Positions 35,660 to 49,999 are shown, counted from the stretch's first letter. The stretch: 64,000 nucleotides of DNA from Tubiluchus corallicola (GCA_030141605.1 JAQGDQ010000166.1:309658-373657), one strand, 5' to 3'. The notes: generated by a model not told the origin, from the sequence alone. Program-made: numbers and translations.

Positions 35660-36322
35660 TGTAGTTCGCTTGTTTGTTTGTATTCCTGTTTGTTTGTTTG
35701 CCTGGCTTCTTGCTTCCCGTACTTTCTCTTTTTACAGTATTTGTCTAGGCTGCGTTTTTATTGCTGCTTGTTTGCATGCTCGTTTGTTTGTTTGCCTGCT
35801 CCTTGCTTCACTTACTTTCTCTTTTTACTGTTTTTGTCTAGGCTATGTTTGTATTGCCGCTTGTTTGCATGTTCGTTTGTTTGTTTGCTTGGCTGCTTGC
35901 TTCACTTGCTATTTTTACAGTGTTTGTCTAGGCTGTACTTGTATTCCTATTTGTTTGCATGTTTGTTTGTTTGTTTGCTTGGCTGTTTGCTTCAACAACT
36001 TGCTCTTTTTCCAGTATTTGTCTAGGCTGTATTTGTATTGCTGTTTGTTTGCATGTTCGTTTGTTTGTTTGTTTGGCTGCTTGCTTCACTTACTTTCTCT
36101 TTTTACAGTACTTGTATTGCTGTTTGTTTACTTGGCTACTTGCTTCACTTACTTTCTCTTTTTACAGTACTAGTATTGCTGTTTGTTTACTTGGCTGCTT
36201 GCTTCACTTACTTTCTCTTTTTACAGTACTTGTATTGCTGTTTGTTTGCATGTTCGTTGTCTGTTTGCCTGGCTGCTTCCTTCACTTACTTTCTCTTTTT
36301 ACAGTATTTCTCTAGGCTGTAT
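35660..36322. repeat. T-rich minisatellite of ~57-90-bp units
   Basis: Repeated CTTGGCTGCTTGCTTCACTTACTTTCTCTTTTTACAGTA; explains ORFs 35634-36421. Confidence 0.92.
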
Positions 36323-36421
36323 TTTGTACACGCACACAGTGTAATAGCATCTAGGCTTTCACTAATACCGAGTCTTAATAATTTGACAGCAAAAATTTCA
36401 TTTCAGGTTTTTAACGATTAA

Positions 36422-37461
36422 AGGAAAACAGGATGATTTTTAATGTGCATCGGTGATGCATCTAACATTTCTTACATTTCAGCAGCAATAATTCTTTCAC
36501 GTAAGTTTTTATTAGAGAAAAAAGTACCCAAATTTTATTGCATTAGGCCTATTTGTATAATGTACTTGCGTAGTGCAACTATAGTGTTGATATGAAATGT
36601 TTATTACCTGAAGTATTTGCCACTTACTTATCGTAGATTTTATGGATATATATAAACCATGCATTGTATTGTATCTGAGTCTCATTAGTGCCCATTAAGT
36701 GTAAACCAAGCACCCCAAATCCAATCTCGTTGCCATGAATGACAAAGGTTATAATAAGCTTTTTCACAGTTTCAGCGATTGATGATGATTGTGAAAAGGT
36801 CAAAGGTTAAGTGTACCAGGCAACGCATTTGTGTTCACTTGACAACGCCTCGCAGCCCAAGCTATTGTAATAGTAACAGTTTTAACAGCTAGCTAGAACC
36901 TTACCTGGTTCATTTTTTCTTGTTCCTAAGCTAGTTCTTGCTAGTAAATCACTCTATGCACAGACTAATGCATAATTAAGTAAAGTCCTCGTAAAACAAC
37001 TGAAATTTTTGAACTGATGCTTTGCTTTACACACATGTCACGTGACGGTTGTAGTTAAGACGCGTTGCTATGGTACACTTAGCCTTTGGCCTACAGTTAC
37101 AGTTCTACTGTAAGATATTTAGTGTGTTGTACTAAAACTACACATGCTTTGAGAAAAAAATTCGCATTTCAAATTTTCCCCTGCACTCACGCATGAGCTG
37201 TCGAACGTGTGTAGTTCGTCACAAACTAACACATCTGAACAGAGAGGTACAGCACGTACTTTTGTACAATGCGTTTGCGAAATGCAGGCGTTAGTTCCCG
37301 TCTAACTAGTGAATGGCGAAATGCCTGTAACAGCGAAGAACTAGTGGCGCGAACGCGTAACTGTGTTTGTGTGGAAATAATTCTTTCACCTAAGTCATTT
37401 TTGAAAAAGTGGTATGTTTGTTTTCAATAGTAGATTGTTTTGACCTGCAGTTTAATTTGCT
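36422..37461 (-). mobile_element. Family A Kolobok-type element with a nested family E copy (~36754-37095)
   Basis: TTAA|AGGAAAACAGGATGA...TTTGCT|TTAA; 37105-37440 is near-identical to 52915-53270. Confidence 0.75.
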
Positions 37462-37549
37462 TTAAACAAAAAGGTCAAATAAGTAGGGAGAGGCTGCCAC
37501 AGCTCCAAGAACAGGTGTATGTCGAAATAGTGTGAATAAACAGCAGTTT

Positions 37550-37705
37550 ATATCATTTACGAGCTTAATTTGCTTATTTACTTATCATAATTTGTTTCCC
37601 GGCAAAAATAAAAAGGCAAAATATCATTTACGAGCTTAATTTGCTTATTTGCTTATCATAATTTGTTTCCCGGCAAAAATAAAAAGGCAAAATATATTAT
37701 TTACG
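37550..37705. repeat. Tandem duplication of ~70 bp
   Basis: ATATCATTTACGAGCTTAATTTGC...AAAAGGCAAA occurs twice. Confidence 0.9.
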
Positions 37706-39423
37706 GCAATTTATATTTTCCAGTGTGCCTGGTTGCTTCAAATAATACAAGCATCCCTATAATTGAATTATTAATCTACAATCCAATCTAAATCAATTGC
37801 AGTTCGAATCCCAAAATGTCCTCGTTGCGGCATATAAATAAACCAACTGCAATTCTAAGCGGCACTTTGTAAGAAATTGTATCAATTTTGATGAATGTAT
37901 TTAATAAAACAAATTCATTTGCATAGTCTTATTGTCAGCGCTTCGAATTGAATCCTCTGAGAATGGCACTTCTCCCCACTCTATAAGATTATTACAGAAG
38001 TCCTTTGGGCTTCTTTGAGTGCATTGCTCTTGTCTATATAATATTTCCACGTAATGAATTCGTCTGTCATAAATATCCGTTTATAGCGCATAAATCCATG
38101 GCGTGTGACAAATTTGACTAAGTAATTGGGAGTTACAAGTGTTTGTCAAACATAGGTGTCCCACCCTAAATTTAAGAAGGTGATCACATTGAAATGAAGT
38201 GTAATCAAAGCGCATGAAGAAACGCATTTTATGGAGGACATTCAACACTGTTTGTCTGGAAAGATCGTCTTAATGATCCCCTTGCAAATGTGTATCGTGT
38301 AACAAAAAATAATTGCAGTCATTTACTCCTTCAAGACAGAAAGACGTTGGCTGCATTTTGCATGGGTTCGTGAAAACTGCTCTCATTATGCAACAATTAC
38401 ATTATATTTGATAATTTTCGTAAGTTTCTACTCCTCACACAACGAATTTTCATGCAGAATAATATATGAAATACATTTGCTTAATTTGGACAAATTAAAA
38501 ATCGATTTTTCACGAATAAATTTAAGAAAGCTTTCAGTAACTGCAGTGTTTGCACTGTAACAATGTACAGTATCACTTGTGTGAAATCAGCTAATGTAGA
38601 AAATTTCAACTGTCCAGACACAACACTCTGATAAACTTTGCCCTCAAGTCTACTCTATTTTTAAGGAGAAATTCTTGTTAAAAGATGAAACGGCCTTAAT
38701 TTGTACTTGGCTGATCGGTTGGTTTTTCCTGGAATAGCAGCAGAACACTGCACATCTTGGGCTGTAACAAGCAGGTGATCAATAAATTAGTGTGTACGAT
38801 CACGCAAGTGAACGTCAGACTAAGCTACTCATAAGGCTAAGTTGGAGTGTCTGAAGATGGCGTGCTTTCTTTATCCAATTAAATCACTTACAAATGTTTA
38901 AACAAATATCATGATTGAATAGCGGAGATTCTCCTGAATAGAACAGTGCCTAATTTGTAATCATTTAATTACGTCTGAGCTTATACAGTAACAGAAAAGT
39001 CATAGGTTTTATAAGATCTATTTTGAATGGTGGAACAAGTCCTGAAGGAACAAGAACACTGCAAAGACAAAAAAACAGAACATAAATGTTTAGCAAGTTG
39101 GATTTAGATAAGAGAGCTAACAGTGATAACAGAGCTTTTCATTTAGCTAACAGCAAGTTGAAATCATAAGTACATCACTTTAAATTTATACAACTGTGTC
39201 TCCAAAAGATTTGACTTGAAATTGTTAGAAATATTTATAAAAGGGACGGCTAAACCATATGGACTTAAAAAAAATTGTTGACAAGGTTTTTTTTACTAAT
39301 CACGATGGTTTTTTTTTGTTAATTTATCGTTAATTAAAGGACTACCATTCTTGTGTAGGAATTTTGAGTGCACCCATTTTTATTTCACCTAAGGTGAAAA
39401 TTTATTTACATTAGGTGTGTGTG

Positions 39424-39461
<38 letters not shown>

Positions 39462-39899
39462 TGTGTGTGTGAAATATTAAATAAAAGAGCAGACTTGACT
39501 GAGATTGGCTGGAAAGATCGACAAACCACTCCCTGCTATAATTCAGCGGAAATGAACTTATTGGTGGAACTATATTGACTATGAGAAGGTCGTGCTGAAG
39601 GATCTCTAATCAGAAGCTGTTGACAAGCTTGTGCACACGCTGCTTTGGTGAATCAATAAGCTTAGCACAAGCAGCAATGAGATCAGGGAAACAAATACAG
39701 CGCAGGTAGAATAGAGTATTTCTACGAAGTCTATTTTCGTAGCTCTTTTAGTAGTAAATGACGTGCAGTATTTCTTAGTTTTTAGTGTAAATTTTAACTT
39801 TTATATAACATGTTTTATGTGCTAAAATAAACTTTAAATGAATAAATAAGTAAATTAAAGCCAAGTACACGTTTTCTTCGCACAACGAAAACTCTATAT

Positions 39900-40610
39900 T
39901 CATATGTATACATATATTTCAAACCTGATAATTTTGTATCTGAGTAAAATGCTCAATTAGCTATAGAAGCTTGTGTCTCTGAAATGAAATCCTGGATGCC
40001 GCAAAGAACTGGTTGTTTGCTCAGTCCTACGCGATATTAGTTCTGCATTTTATACCATTGGCCTTAATATCTTGTTGAAAAATGCCTTGGTATAAAAGGC
40101 CTGGTCTTGATTGGCTTAAATGTTGCCTTGGTAATCGGACGCAGTGTATGCGCATTAATAACGTTACATCTTCAAAAATTGATGTCCAGTCTAATGTCCC
40201 ACAGGGCTCAGTGCTTGGCCCAATTTTATATACTATATATGTGCTCCCAGTTAGTGATTCAGGCAGGGACTGAATTAATTAACACTTCTATGCAGAAGAT
40301 TCACATATTTACATATCTTTCAAACCTGATAATTCTGTATTTGAGCAAAATGCTAAATTAGCTGTAGACGCTTGTGTCTGCGAAATCAAATCCCGGATGG
40401 TGCAAAAATTTTTGGCCTTAAAGTCTTCTAAGGCGGAGTTCATATATTTTGGTACTTCAAGTCAAGTGAAGAAAATGTCAAAGTCAGCGATATATAGTGC
40501 ATTTGTGAAAAACCTTGGATGTTTCTTTCATTGTAATATGACACATCAAAAGCATATTAATCACACTTGTATCTGTCTTTTTCAGCTTAAAAATATTAAT
40601 ATATACTGTA
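39900..40610 (+). mobile_element. Degenerate LINE reverse-transcriptase fragment (L2/CR1-like)
   Basis: NRTQCMRIN...VPQGSVLGPILYTIY followed by HFYAEDSHIY (a YADD relic); stops and frameshifts. Confidence 0.85.
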
Positions 40611-41026
40611 TGATACACGTGGCAATGTTAGTTGAGCAGTTTCGGTATCTTACTTGTACTTTCGACTGGGTTGAACAGAACAAAAATTCGTATGTTATGA
40701 AAACATTGTCTGCGATTAATACATAATTAATTCACATGGTTTTGCAACATTTAGTATTTTTATTCGTAGAGTTCATTTCCTCTTTTATTATTGCTATTTC
40801 ACTAGGGTTGGTTCACACCTGCCACATCTGCTGTGACGGCTTTATGCATATGACGGAATGCTGACCGTGTAATAAATGTCGTGGTATGTCAAAGGCCTGA
40901 TCTTTTGCATAATTATGTTCTGTATTTTCTTGCCTTCACAACAATCAGAGCTTCGTTCCCTGCAGCAGTCAGTAGATGCTGACGCATTCAATAAAAGAAC
41001 ACGACATAGCTATAAAATACGTTTAA

Positions 41027-41495
41027 AGGAGAAGACAAGGGGTACCTGAAGTAGGTTTCAGAAAAATCTTCTTAAAAATTATATTACTTTACAGCAATTT
41101 TATGAATATGTTGTTCTCGCCTTAAAAATATTTGTTCGTTTTCATTTTAAATCTCTCGCAATACGGTCCCAACGTCACCATTACATGACGTCATATACGC
41201 ACAACGTAAATCAGGGGAAGATACGGAAATGTTAAATTTGTCCCAAAAAATCTTTCCATGCAAAGTTATATTACTGTACTTAGCATTTCGCTTACCTGCT
41301 GGAAAGACTTATGTAACAAGAAAAAAAAATTAATCACTTAAAATGTTTAAAAATTGTTAAAATGTTGCTGAACCACCCTCCAGGATGCACCAGTCACTAA
41401 CCAAAAACGTTTTTTTAATCTTATTGACAAGATACAGTAATTTAAAATTTTACTTAGTTGGTGACGTGTGAGCTACGAATGCTGTGATAACTTCA
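41027..41495 (+). mobile_element. Family B element, truncated by the (GTATGT)n array at 41500-41745
   Basis: Starts TTAA|AGGAGAAG; collinear with family B. Confidence 0.8.
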
Positions 41496-41641
41496 AACTT
41501 GTGTATGTGTATGTGTATATGTATATGTTTAAGTACATGTATGTGTATACCTATACGTATACGTGTAAGTATATGTGTATGTATCTATACGTATGTGTAT
41601 ATGCAGATGCATAAGTATATGTATATGTATATGTATATGTA

Positions 41642-41726
<85 letters not shown>

Positions 41727-42619
41727 GTGCATGTACATGTATATGTGGACTCAGTTCACTAGCTCATCCGTGTAGATTGTAATCAGAATTAATGAAAAAA
41801 TCAGAAATTCCCAGCAGCCTTATCACATTCTGTTCTGCTTAATCCTAGTCACCATAATCATAATGCAAATTATGTTCTAAGCAAATTTAATAAGCCATAA
41901 ATATCAACAAAGTTTAAATGTGCTAAAAACGACACCGAGCGTCATAATTTCTCATTATGCCTGAGCTCTTATTACAATCAGCAATTACAGCAAATTAAAA
42001 TGACATTAGTAGCAGTGCATGCAAGTTACACAATACGTAAATTGTTGTTGTAAATACGATATTTTCTTGAACATTGTATAAACCAAAGTGATTGACGGGC
42101 GAAGACGATGTGAAATCATTAAATTTGCTCTCTAAAATCAATAAAAAATATAGTTTGTGTGACGAGGTATAAAACACGTGGTCTAGAAAATATTTAAAAT
42201 ACTCGTATTTTCTTTCCACTTACACACACTTTAAAGTTTCCCTTTAAAGGAAAACTGGACGATTGATTAGTCTCAATCTCATTTTAATTTACTGTAGAAA
42301 TATACATTTTCTTGTCTATAAAAGTTAACAATTGTTTCTAATATTTCAATAATAATAATAATAATATTACTATTATGAAATATTATTATTAATAATTAGC
42401 TTGGGAAGTTAATTAACGGCCACCGAATACAGCTATCACTTACATCACAAACTAACCACAGTTTGTGCAATGGTAGGCATCTTCCCTGCGCGTCAACCAT
42501 GTTTTTGTAAGCGAAGATTGGTTTAAGACGCTGATGTGATGTCACGAAAACGAGCTCTACGCACACTGACGTCACAGACGAACACTGCAGTTTGCTATCA
42601 TGCTTATGTATGTATGTTA

Positions 42620-43045
42620 TAAATGTATTTACAAAAGTCAAATAGGTAATGATTAAGCAGACCTGAAGAAAAGAAATTGATACAATAACTTATGCACTAA
42701 TTATGTATTTACAAAAGTCAAATTAGGTAATGATTAAGCAGACCTGAAGAAATTGATACAGTAACTTATGCACTAACTATCTATTTACAAAAGTCAAATA
42801 GGTAATGATTAAGCAGACCTGAAGAAATCCTTCACCTTTCATTACTGGTCGGCTTATTCGCTACGTATTTGGCTTCTGTTAACTACTTAGTGCATAATAG
42901 GTTCTGCCTATATAAACTGGTTGTATGTTTTTAAGCACCAAATCAACCTCTGATGATGACAGCAGTAGCTCTGTCGAAACGTTTCGCATGATTTTAGCTT
43001 TTTAATGAGGACGTTTTAATAAAGTTGAGTTGTTTTTAACTATTA
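42620..43045 (+). mobile_element. Penelope-like LTR fragment with inverted tandem 5' portion and hammerhead-like core
   Basis: 42620-42830 holds ~3 tandem units antisense to the sequence from 42845 on; core CTGATGA-T-GACAG..CTGTC-GAAAC at 42950-42980; TATATAAA before and AATAAA after. Confidence 0.7.
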
Positions 43046-43247
43046 TTGTTCTACTTACAGAAAGTCTAATTTTGTTTTACATCATTAGAAGATCAAAGAA
43101 CAGACTACAATAGCTAAACAATTAGCGTAATGTTAGTAGTTCGTAATTACTCTCTTTTAGATTGCCATCCTAAGTTTCTTTGAACTATTATACTAAGTAT
43201 CGTCTATGCAAAACGGTTTAACACTTGAGCATTTTCTTGATCTTTAT

Positions 43248-43575
43248 AATAAGCCTTTTCACAGTTACAGCGATTGATGATGATCGTGAAAAGGCCAAAG
43301 GTCAAGTGTACCAGACAACGCATTTGTGCACACTTGAAAACACTAGTAGCCCATGCTGTTGTAATAGTAACAGTTTTAGCAGCTAGCTAGAACATTACCT
43401 ATTTCATTTTTACTTCTTTCCATGCAAGATCCTACTAGTAAATTACTCTACGCTCAGACTAATGCATAATTAAGTAAAGTCCACGTAAAACAACTGAAGT
43501 TACTAAACAGATGCTTCACGGCTTTGCTTTACCCAAATGTCACGTGGCGGTTGTAGTTAAGACGCGTTGCCGTGG
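43248..43575 (-). mobile_element. Family E copy
   Basis: Collinear with 21161-21500. Confidence 0.75.
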
Positions 43576-43916
43576 AAACTGCGAAGAGGCTTATTACAGA
43601 CAAATAATTACACTATAATAATAACTAGACTATTTGCAGGTAATCGATGCGCTGTAAGGTCAGTAACGTTGAACACAGGCCTACGTAAACCTAAGATTAT
43701 ACTGATAACACATAAATTTATAAAAGACGCGAAACGTTTATCGAAATACATTTTTTTATCTTTCAGTTTTGTAGCCGCAAATTTCTGGATTATAGATATT
43801 ATTAGAAGCTTGAGAAAAAGATCACAGGGAGTTACATTATTTCGTATCCATTATTGGTAAGTACTTTATACCCATATGGATTTAGGGCTACCAAGTGCGC
43901 ATGCGTGACACTCCTT

Positions 43917-44075
43917 TATATAATATAATATAATATAATATAATATAATATAATATAATATAATATAATATAATATAATATAATATAATATAATATAATA
44001 TAATATAATATAATATAATATAATATAATATAATATAATATAATATAATATAATATAATATAATATATTATAATA
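43917..44075. repeat. (ATAAT)n microsatellite
   Basis: Direct inspection. Confidence 0.97.
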
Positions 44076-44309
44076 AATTACTCGTTTTTTTACTCTTCAG
44101 TTTATTCACTGTGTCTGAAGCTTTTGATAAAGAACTAGTAATTAATGATATTTCTTATTAAACACCACAGACTGGTTGCACATATCTGTTATAGGGTCAT
44201 TGATTTTCCCTACAATTTTTGTATATCTCAGTTTTATGCTTTTTCCTACAATCGTGTATGTATCTATTGTATCGTATCGTATCGTATCGTATCGTATCGT
44301 ATCGTAGTT

Positions 44310-44580
44310 AGTGCCACTAAACCATTTTGTTAAGTTCACTCATCATCTGTCGTAACATTTGGTGCCACTACGCCATTTTGTTAAGTTCACTCATCATCTG
44401 TAGTAACATTTGGTGCCACTACGCCATTTTGTTAACTTCATTCATCATCTGTCGCAACATTTGGTACCACTACACCATTTTGCTGACTTCAATCATTGTC
44501 TGTAGTAACATTTGGTGCTACTAAACCATTTTGTTGACTTCACTCATCATTTGTCGTAACATTTGGTGCCACTACACCAC
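44310..44580. repeat. 51-bp minisatellite, about 5 copies
   Basis: CCACTACGCCATTTTGTTAAGTTCACTCATCATCTGTCGTAACATTTGGTG repeated; preceded by (GTATC)n. Confidence 0.92.
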
Positions 44581-45714
44581 GATCACGAACACACGACAAG
44601 GACCACAATAACCTATCTTATAAACGTCAAGTCCCTTGGGGAAAAATCCTAGTCTTTATTAATATTCTTGTAGCTGCAGTAATAATGTCACTCAGCGCTG
44701 TGTACTCACTCAAGATTAACCAATACTGTGTATAATATGGCCATTATAGCCTTGTGCTTTTATAAACTACTGCATATGTTTGATCCATCTATAGTCTATG
44801 ATATTGAAACGCCTCGGGTATCATTGGGAATTGGACACGACCAGCCAACGTTTTTCATTGGTGTCTTAGAGACAGTGGCTTCGTAAAGCTAAAAGCTGTT
44901 TTGTACGAGGTTTCAGACGTAGATTTTCCTTTTGATCTCGCGTTGTACACAGAAGTTAAGAAACCGAGGATGATTTTGCTATAAATGCTTTCAAGGAGTG
45001 ATAAAACAGAGAACAGTCATTTGGGAGTTGAACAAACAGTTTTAAGACGAGGTAACTTTCATAGCTGAAAATTGAAGCTTGCCTTTAAAAGACGAGATTG
45101 TTTATGTACTGTATAATTTCATTCTGCTATGCGTGCTGTAGAAAATAGTAAAGGAACAATACTTCTCCACACGGTTACATGCTTCAAATCTACAGAATTT
45201 CAAACAAATATGGGCTAATTTTATAGAGAACTTTGCTGTCACTTGTAGTTCAATGAAATCTAGAAAAATTTTTATTCGTACGTTTGATGAAACTACATCT
45301 ATGACCTATGCTCACATAAGAATATAACTATATGTTTCAGTTTAATGAGTTCCTGTTTCATCGGTGTCCCTTTCAAACTTTATTTCTCCACGACCATTTT
45401 AGTCAGTTAAATTGTGATTTGGTTTTAGAAAGTCTGCTAAGTTTCTGATGGTCTACTTGTCTCCCCAAATTGTAGTTGCGGTGAATATTTTGAAAACGTT
45501 TTTTCCTAGAATGCCTTCATTATAATCAAGCCAGAGATGCTATGTTCAGTCAATTAATTAACATACTATTGCCTTTAAATATCAATATTTTATAATATAG
45601 TAATAGTAAACAGTTGTCATTGTATCTTTGTGGAAGTGATGATTTTAATATTGCTGTTAACAGTAAAATTTTTGATTGCGTCCAAAATTACATTAGGAGA
45701 ACTAAACGTTTTAA

Positions 45715-46130
45715 CCCTTTCATTCCCGTTGTATCCCGTGGGATACGAGAATATTTTCTGCCTTTAAAATTAACAAAATTTTAAACGGATAGTTATTTGA
45801 TCTGTTAATAGTTATTTTGATTTAAGCCAATAACAATAGACTAAAAATGGTGATAAAATGGCAAACAAGAAAATCTACATAACATAAAAAACTGCGCAAG
45901 GTACAGTACTTTAGAGGTGACTTTGTACAGATCAGCATAGCATGCATACTAAATGTCTTAAATACTTTAAAACATTATCAGCAGTTGCAAAATGAAGCAC
46001 ATTTTATGCTTCCATTGAATCCCATTGAAAAAAATTATTATTATATGTAAACAAGATGGACATACTGAACAAAAGTACCAAGCCGAAAAATATTATTTTC
46101 TTATTAAAAAATAATTTGGGACTGAAAGGG
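45715..46130. mobile_element. piggyBac-type MITE
   Basis: TTAA|CCCTTTCATTCCC...GGGACTGAAAGGG|TTAA; 13-bp TIR with one mismatch and a perfect TTAA TSD. Confidence 0.9.
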
Positions 46131-46944
46131 TTAATGTGAACAGACCTTAGGCGCCCTTTTATGTATTTTTGGTAAATTTTAAGACAGTTATTGCGTTTAT
46201 TTAAATTTTATATTATTCATTGTGTTACTAACTTTATACCTATATGTCTTTGTTTATAAATATTTGTATGTGTCTATATCTATTTGAGTTTATTTGTATT
46301 AATATTACTTTAATTCTCTCTGCACGTCTGCTTGTACACATTATTGAATGTATAGTGATAGTGACGATTCATGTATCAGCTTTAAAAACTGTCTAATCTG
46401 AAACAAATAAACTATATCTAAACTAAATATTAACGAAAAATAAAATAGATTGCTTTAAAATAACCACAATGCGATACATTGTTTCGCAAATGTTGTTCAG
46501 TTGATAAAAATCCTATTTTAGATTTTTTTATAAAACCAAATAAACTACGTTTAAACTAACCAACTGAGTTTATTTCACCGAAGCCACTGAGAATGAAACG
46601 ACAACACCAAACTCTCCTGGGCTTATTTTTAATCTGCAAAATGTCATTTTAATAAATTTATGTGTGCAGAACGAGTTTATACACACACGCAGCTCGCAGG
46701 AGATAAAACATGGCATTAAAACAAGGGCTGGGCGTTTGAAAAAGATTAGTCTCTGGGCAGCAATATTGCTATCAGCAGAGAGAGTTTAACAGATTTATTA
46801 GACGAAAAAGGATTATTTGGCAGTTTAGAGAAACGTGTTTTACGTTCAAACGTTCTAATTTAATCATAGGAAAGTTGAATTCTTTACGGTTTGACGTAGT
46901 TCAACGTTCGAGAACATTGCATACAGCTAGCTGATTCCTGTTAA

Positions 46945-47423
46945 AGGGAAAAAAACTGAATTTTAATGCACGCCCCAAAGCAATTTCTTACCAAAATATG
47001 TTAGCATTACGCTTGCTTAATTGAAAGATTTATGTAACTAGAAAAAAGTCTTTAATAAAATGTAAGCACCAACTGGTAAAACGTATCTGTTTCACCATCC
47101 CAGTGTGCACAAAAAACGTCACTGGTTCACCAAAAAGCACGCATTATTCTTTTTGACAAGTAATTCATACTTCTGCTTAGCTAGCGAAGAATGTGCTACG
47201 AATGCTGTAATTGTTTTTAAAAGTTCACATACTGTTATCTAAACTTGCTTCAAACTAGTTGCTATTAAAATAGCTGCGCCTAATGGTGGGAGTTTAAATT
47301 TGCAAGTGCTACACAGCGTTACTGCTAATATGAGCTCTGTGTGCAATAAGACATCACGTAAGTGATGCAAATTTTCAAGACGAATTTTTTCAGCTTCATT
47401 CGTGAAGAGTGTTTACTTGTCCT
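46945..47423 (+). mobile_element. Diverged family B-related Kolobok-type element
   Basis: TTAA|AGGG...CTTGTCCT|TTAA; internal similarity to family B. Confidence 0.7.
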
Positions 47424-48140
47424 TTAATCATCAAGGATAGTTCCCTAAAATGAATCACCATCCCAAAATGCCGAGACACCCCCGCTCCCCGCTCAATGAA
47501 AACATATTGGAGTGACATTGGAGACGTTTAAAAAATCAGAAATGAAAGTGTAGAGTGGCTTTTGATACACCCTGTATTTCAAATTCACTTTTAAAACTAT
47601 GCGTTACTTAGCAACGAATGAATAATATGAACTTGCAAAAACTTACTAGGGAATTAATTATTCATTAAAGACGCTTTATATTCATCATCCTGACGAGGCA
47701 AACGATACCCACTTACACTTAAATGTGTCATTAGATCTTGGTGAAATGATTTGAGATGATTCCTTCCGATTTGCAGCTGTTTTTCAATTAGAAACAGAGT
47801 CATTCAACTAACACAATATCATGTTTTCCTGAAAAGCATGGCACCATTAATGAGTGCTGCATTGCACAGGTATTTAGTAACGGTGCCTAATTGTATACTC
47901 ATGTTGCCTAGGCACAAATTAATAGGGCGTAATTGTAGATTAATGGTCGATGAAAAGAATTCACATTAATAATAATGGTAATAATAATGTGTTGCTCGCT
48001 GGGATGGGAAAACAGTGTGGTAGAAGACAGAGAATCGAATTAAATTCGTTTTTTTACTAGATTATAAAATCAGTGCAAGTCACGGCCAGTTCTTTGATAA
48101 AATTGCTTCATTTTTAAATAAATAATTTGATTCAATATGT

Positions 48141-48445
48141 ATAAGCCTGTTCACAGTTCCAGCGACTGATGATGATGATCGTGAAAAGGTCAGAGGTTAA
48201 GTGTACCAGGCAACGCATTTGTGTACACTTGACAACGCCTCGCAGCCCATGCTATTGTAATAGTAACAGTTTTAGCAGCTAGCTAGAACCTTACCTAGTT
48301 TATTTTTTCTTTTTCTAAGCAAGATCCGGCTAATAAATCACTCAACGCTCAGACTAATGTATAATTAAGTAAAGTTCACGCAGAACAACTGAAGTTACTG
48401 AACTGATGCGACAGACGGATTTGCTTTACACACATGCAGTTAAGA
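48141..48445 (-). mobile_element. Family E copy, followed by a degenerate (CCCTAA)n tract to ~48520
   Basis: Collinear with the other family E copies. Confidence 0.75.
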
Positions 48446-48874
48446 CCCTAACTTTAACCCCAACCCTAACCTTAACCAAACCTAGCCTTAACCCTAACCC
48501 TAATCCTAACCTTAACTCTACTCTGCTTCGCGAACTAATTTCTTGTGTGTGGGGAATTGTAAACCCTAGCCTAATAAATAAATAAGAATGTGTGCAATTG
48601 AAGTACTGAATTATTCAAATCTACAATTTCAAATTCGAACGTTCTAGTACTACTACTACTTTTATGTAGACGTGCACCCCTTTAAAAGCCCCCTTTTGAA
48701 TAAACAAAGAACAAAGAGAAACTATGATGCACAATTTAATTTGTTTTTTTCCTAATTGTCACGGTGTATTGCACTCTAATTGTAACGAAGATCGAGTAGT
48801 TTTTGATTTCTAGGTAAAAGCCAAAACTTGAATAACTAATCATCAAACTCAGCAACATCATAATAATTACTCAA

Positions 48875-49200
48875 TTGGCTTTTGTAAATACATAATTGTG
48901 CTTAAGTTACTATATGAATTTCTTTACTGGTCTGTTTCATCATTACCTATTTGCTTTTGTAAATACATAATTAGTGTTTAAGTTACTGTATTAATTTCTT
49001 TACTGGTCTGCTTATTCATTACCTGTTTAGCTTCTGTTAACTACTTAATTAGTGCATAATAGGCTCTGCCTATATAAACTGGTTGTATGTTTGTAAATTT
49101 GGCACTGATGATGACAACAATGGTCTGTCGAAACTTTTGGCATTATTTTAACTTTTTAATGTAAAAGTTTTAATAAAGTTGAGTTGTTTTTAACTATAAA
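48875..49200 (+). mobile_element. Penelope-like LTR fragment with hammerhead-like core
   Basis: TATATAAA; CTGATGA-T-GACA..TGTC-GAAAC at 49105-49134; AATAAA; homologous to the copies at 16930 and 42860. Confidence 0.68.
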
Positions 49201-49999
49201 TGTTTTTGTTTAAAATGACAGCATTTCATCTTCAGTTGTCATTTCAAAACGTCTTCAGGCAAATTAGCATAATTTAATCTGAGCAAAATGCCATGATTTA
49301 TTGATAATTTAAACCAATAGTACAATTATTATAAATTCAAACTCCCCTTGTAACCGTTAGGGGCAGCCATCTGAACGTATGTCATCTGAAACAAGTTTAG
49401 ATTTTTGAAAAAAATCAAGCCATATAAAGTAAAAGTTGTGTTGTTTTTAACTATAGATACAATCCGTTTCATATATTATAGAAGTGTGTGGGCACAAGCT
49501 ATTAATTTTACTGAAAAATACAGACCCGTTATATGCAAACTACATTTATCGCGCGAGACTTAGGTTGCTACATTAATACAATTAGTAGCTAATAAGGCTC
49601 TTGTACACATGGCTGCCGTGCTTATGTTTGCTGAGTCTATATAAAGCTTATTAATGTAAAAATTCTCTCGGAGAATCTACAATTACAGTTCGGTGTGTTC
49701 ATTATTTACATGGGATTTTCGTCTATTTTCACTAAACGATAAGAAATGCAGGCGGCTGTTACTTCCTTTCTGGGGAAAATAATTGATTTGCTCACCGAGA
49801 GAAGAGCTGTCAAAGTGGGAGGTTTTCAAAAAGGCGCCAGCGAGACGGCAGGTACGTCTCGAGGAAAGCGAGAACTGTAGAGGATTGCTGAGACAGTTCA
49901 CTAACTGACAAGCTTCCATTGTAACGCGTGCTTTCCCAACAAGTTTTGTTTGTCAATCATCATTGCCGCCAAAACCTTCAATAACAGTACAGCATAGAA

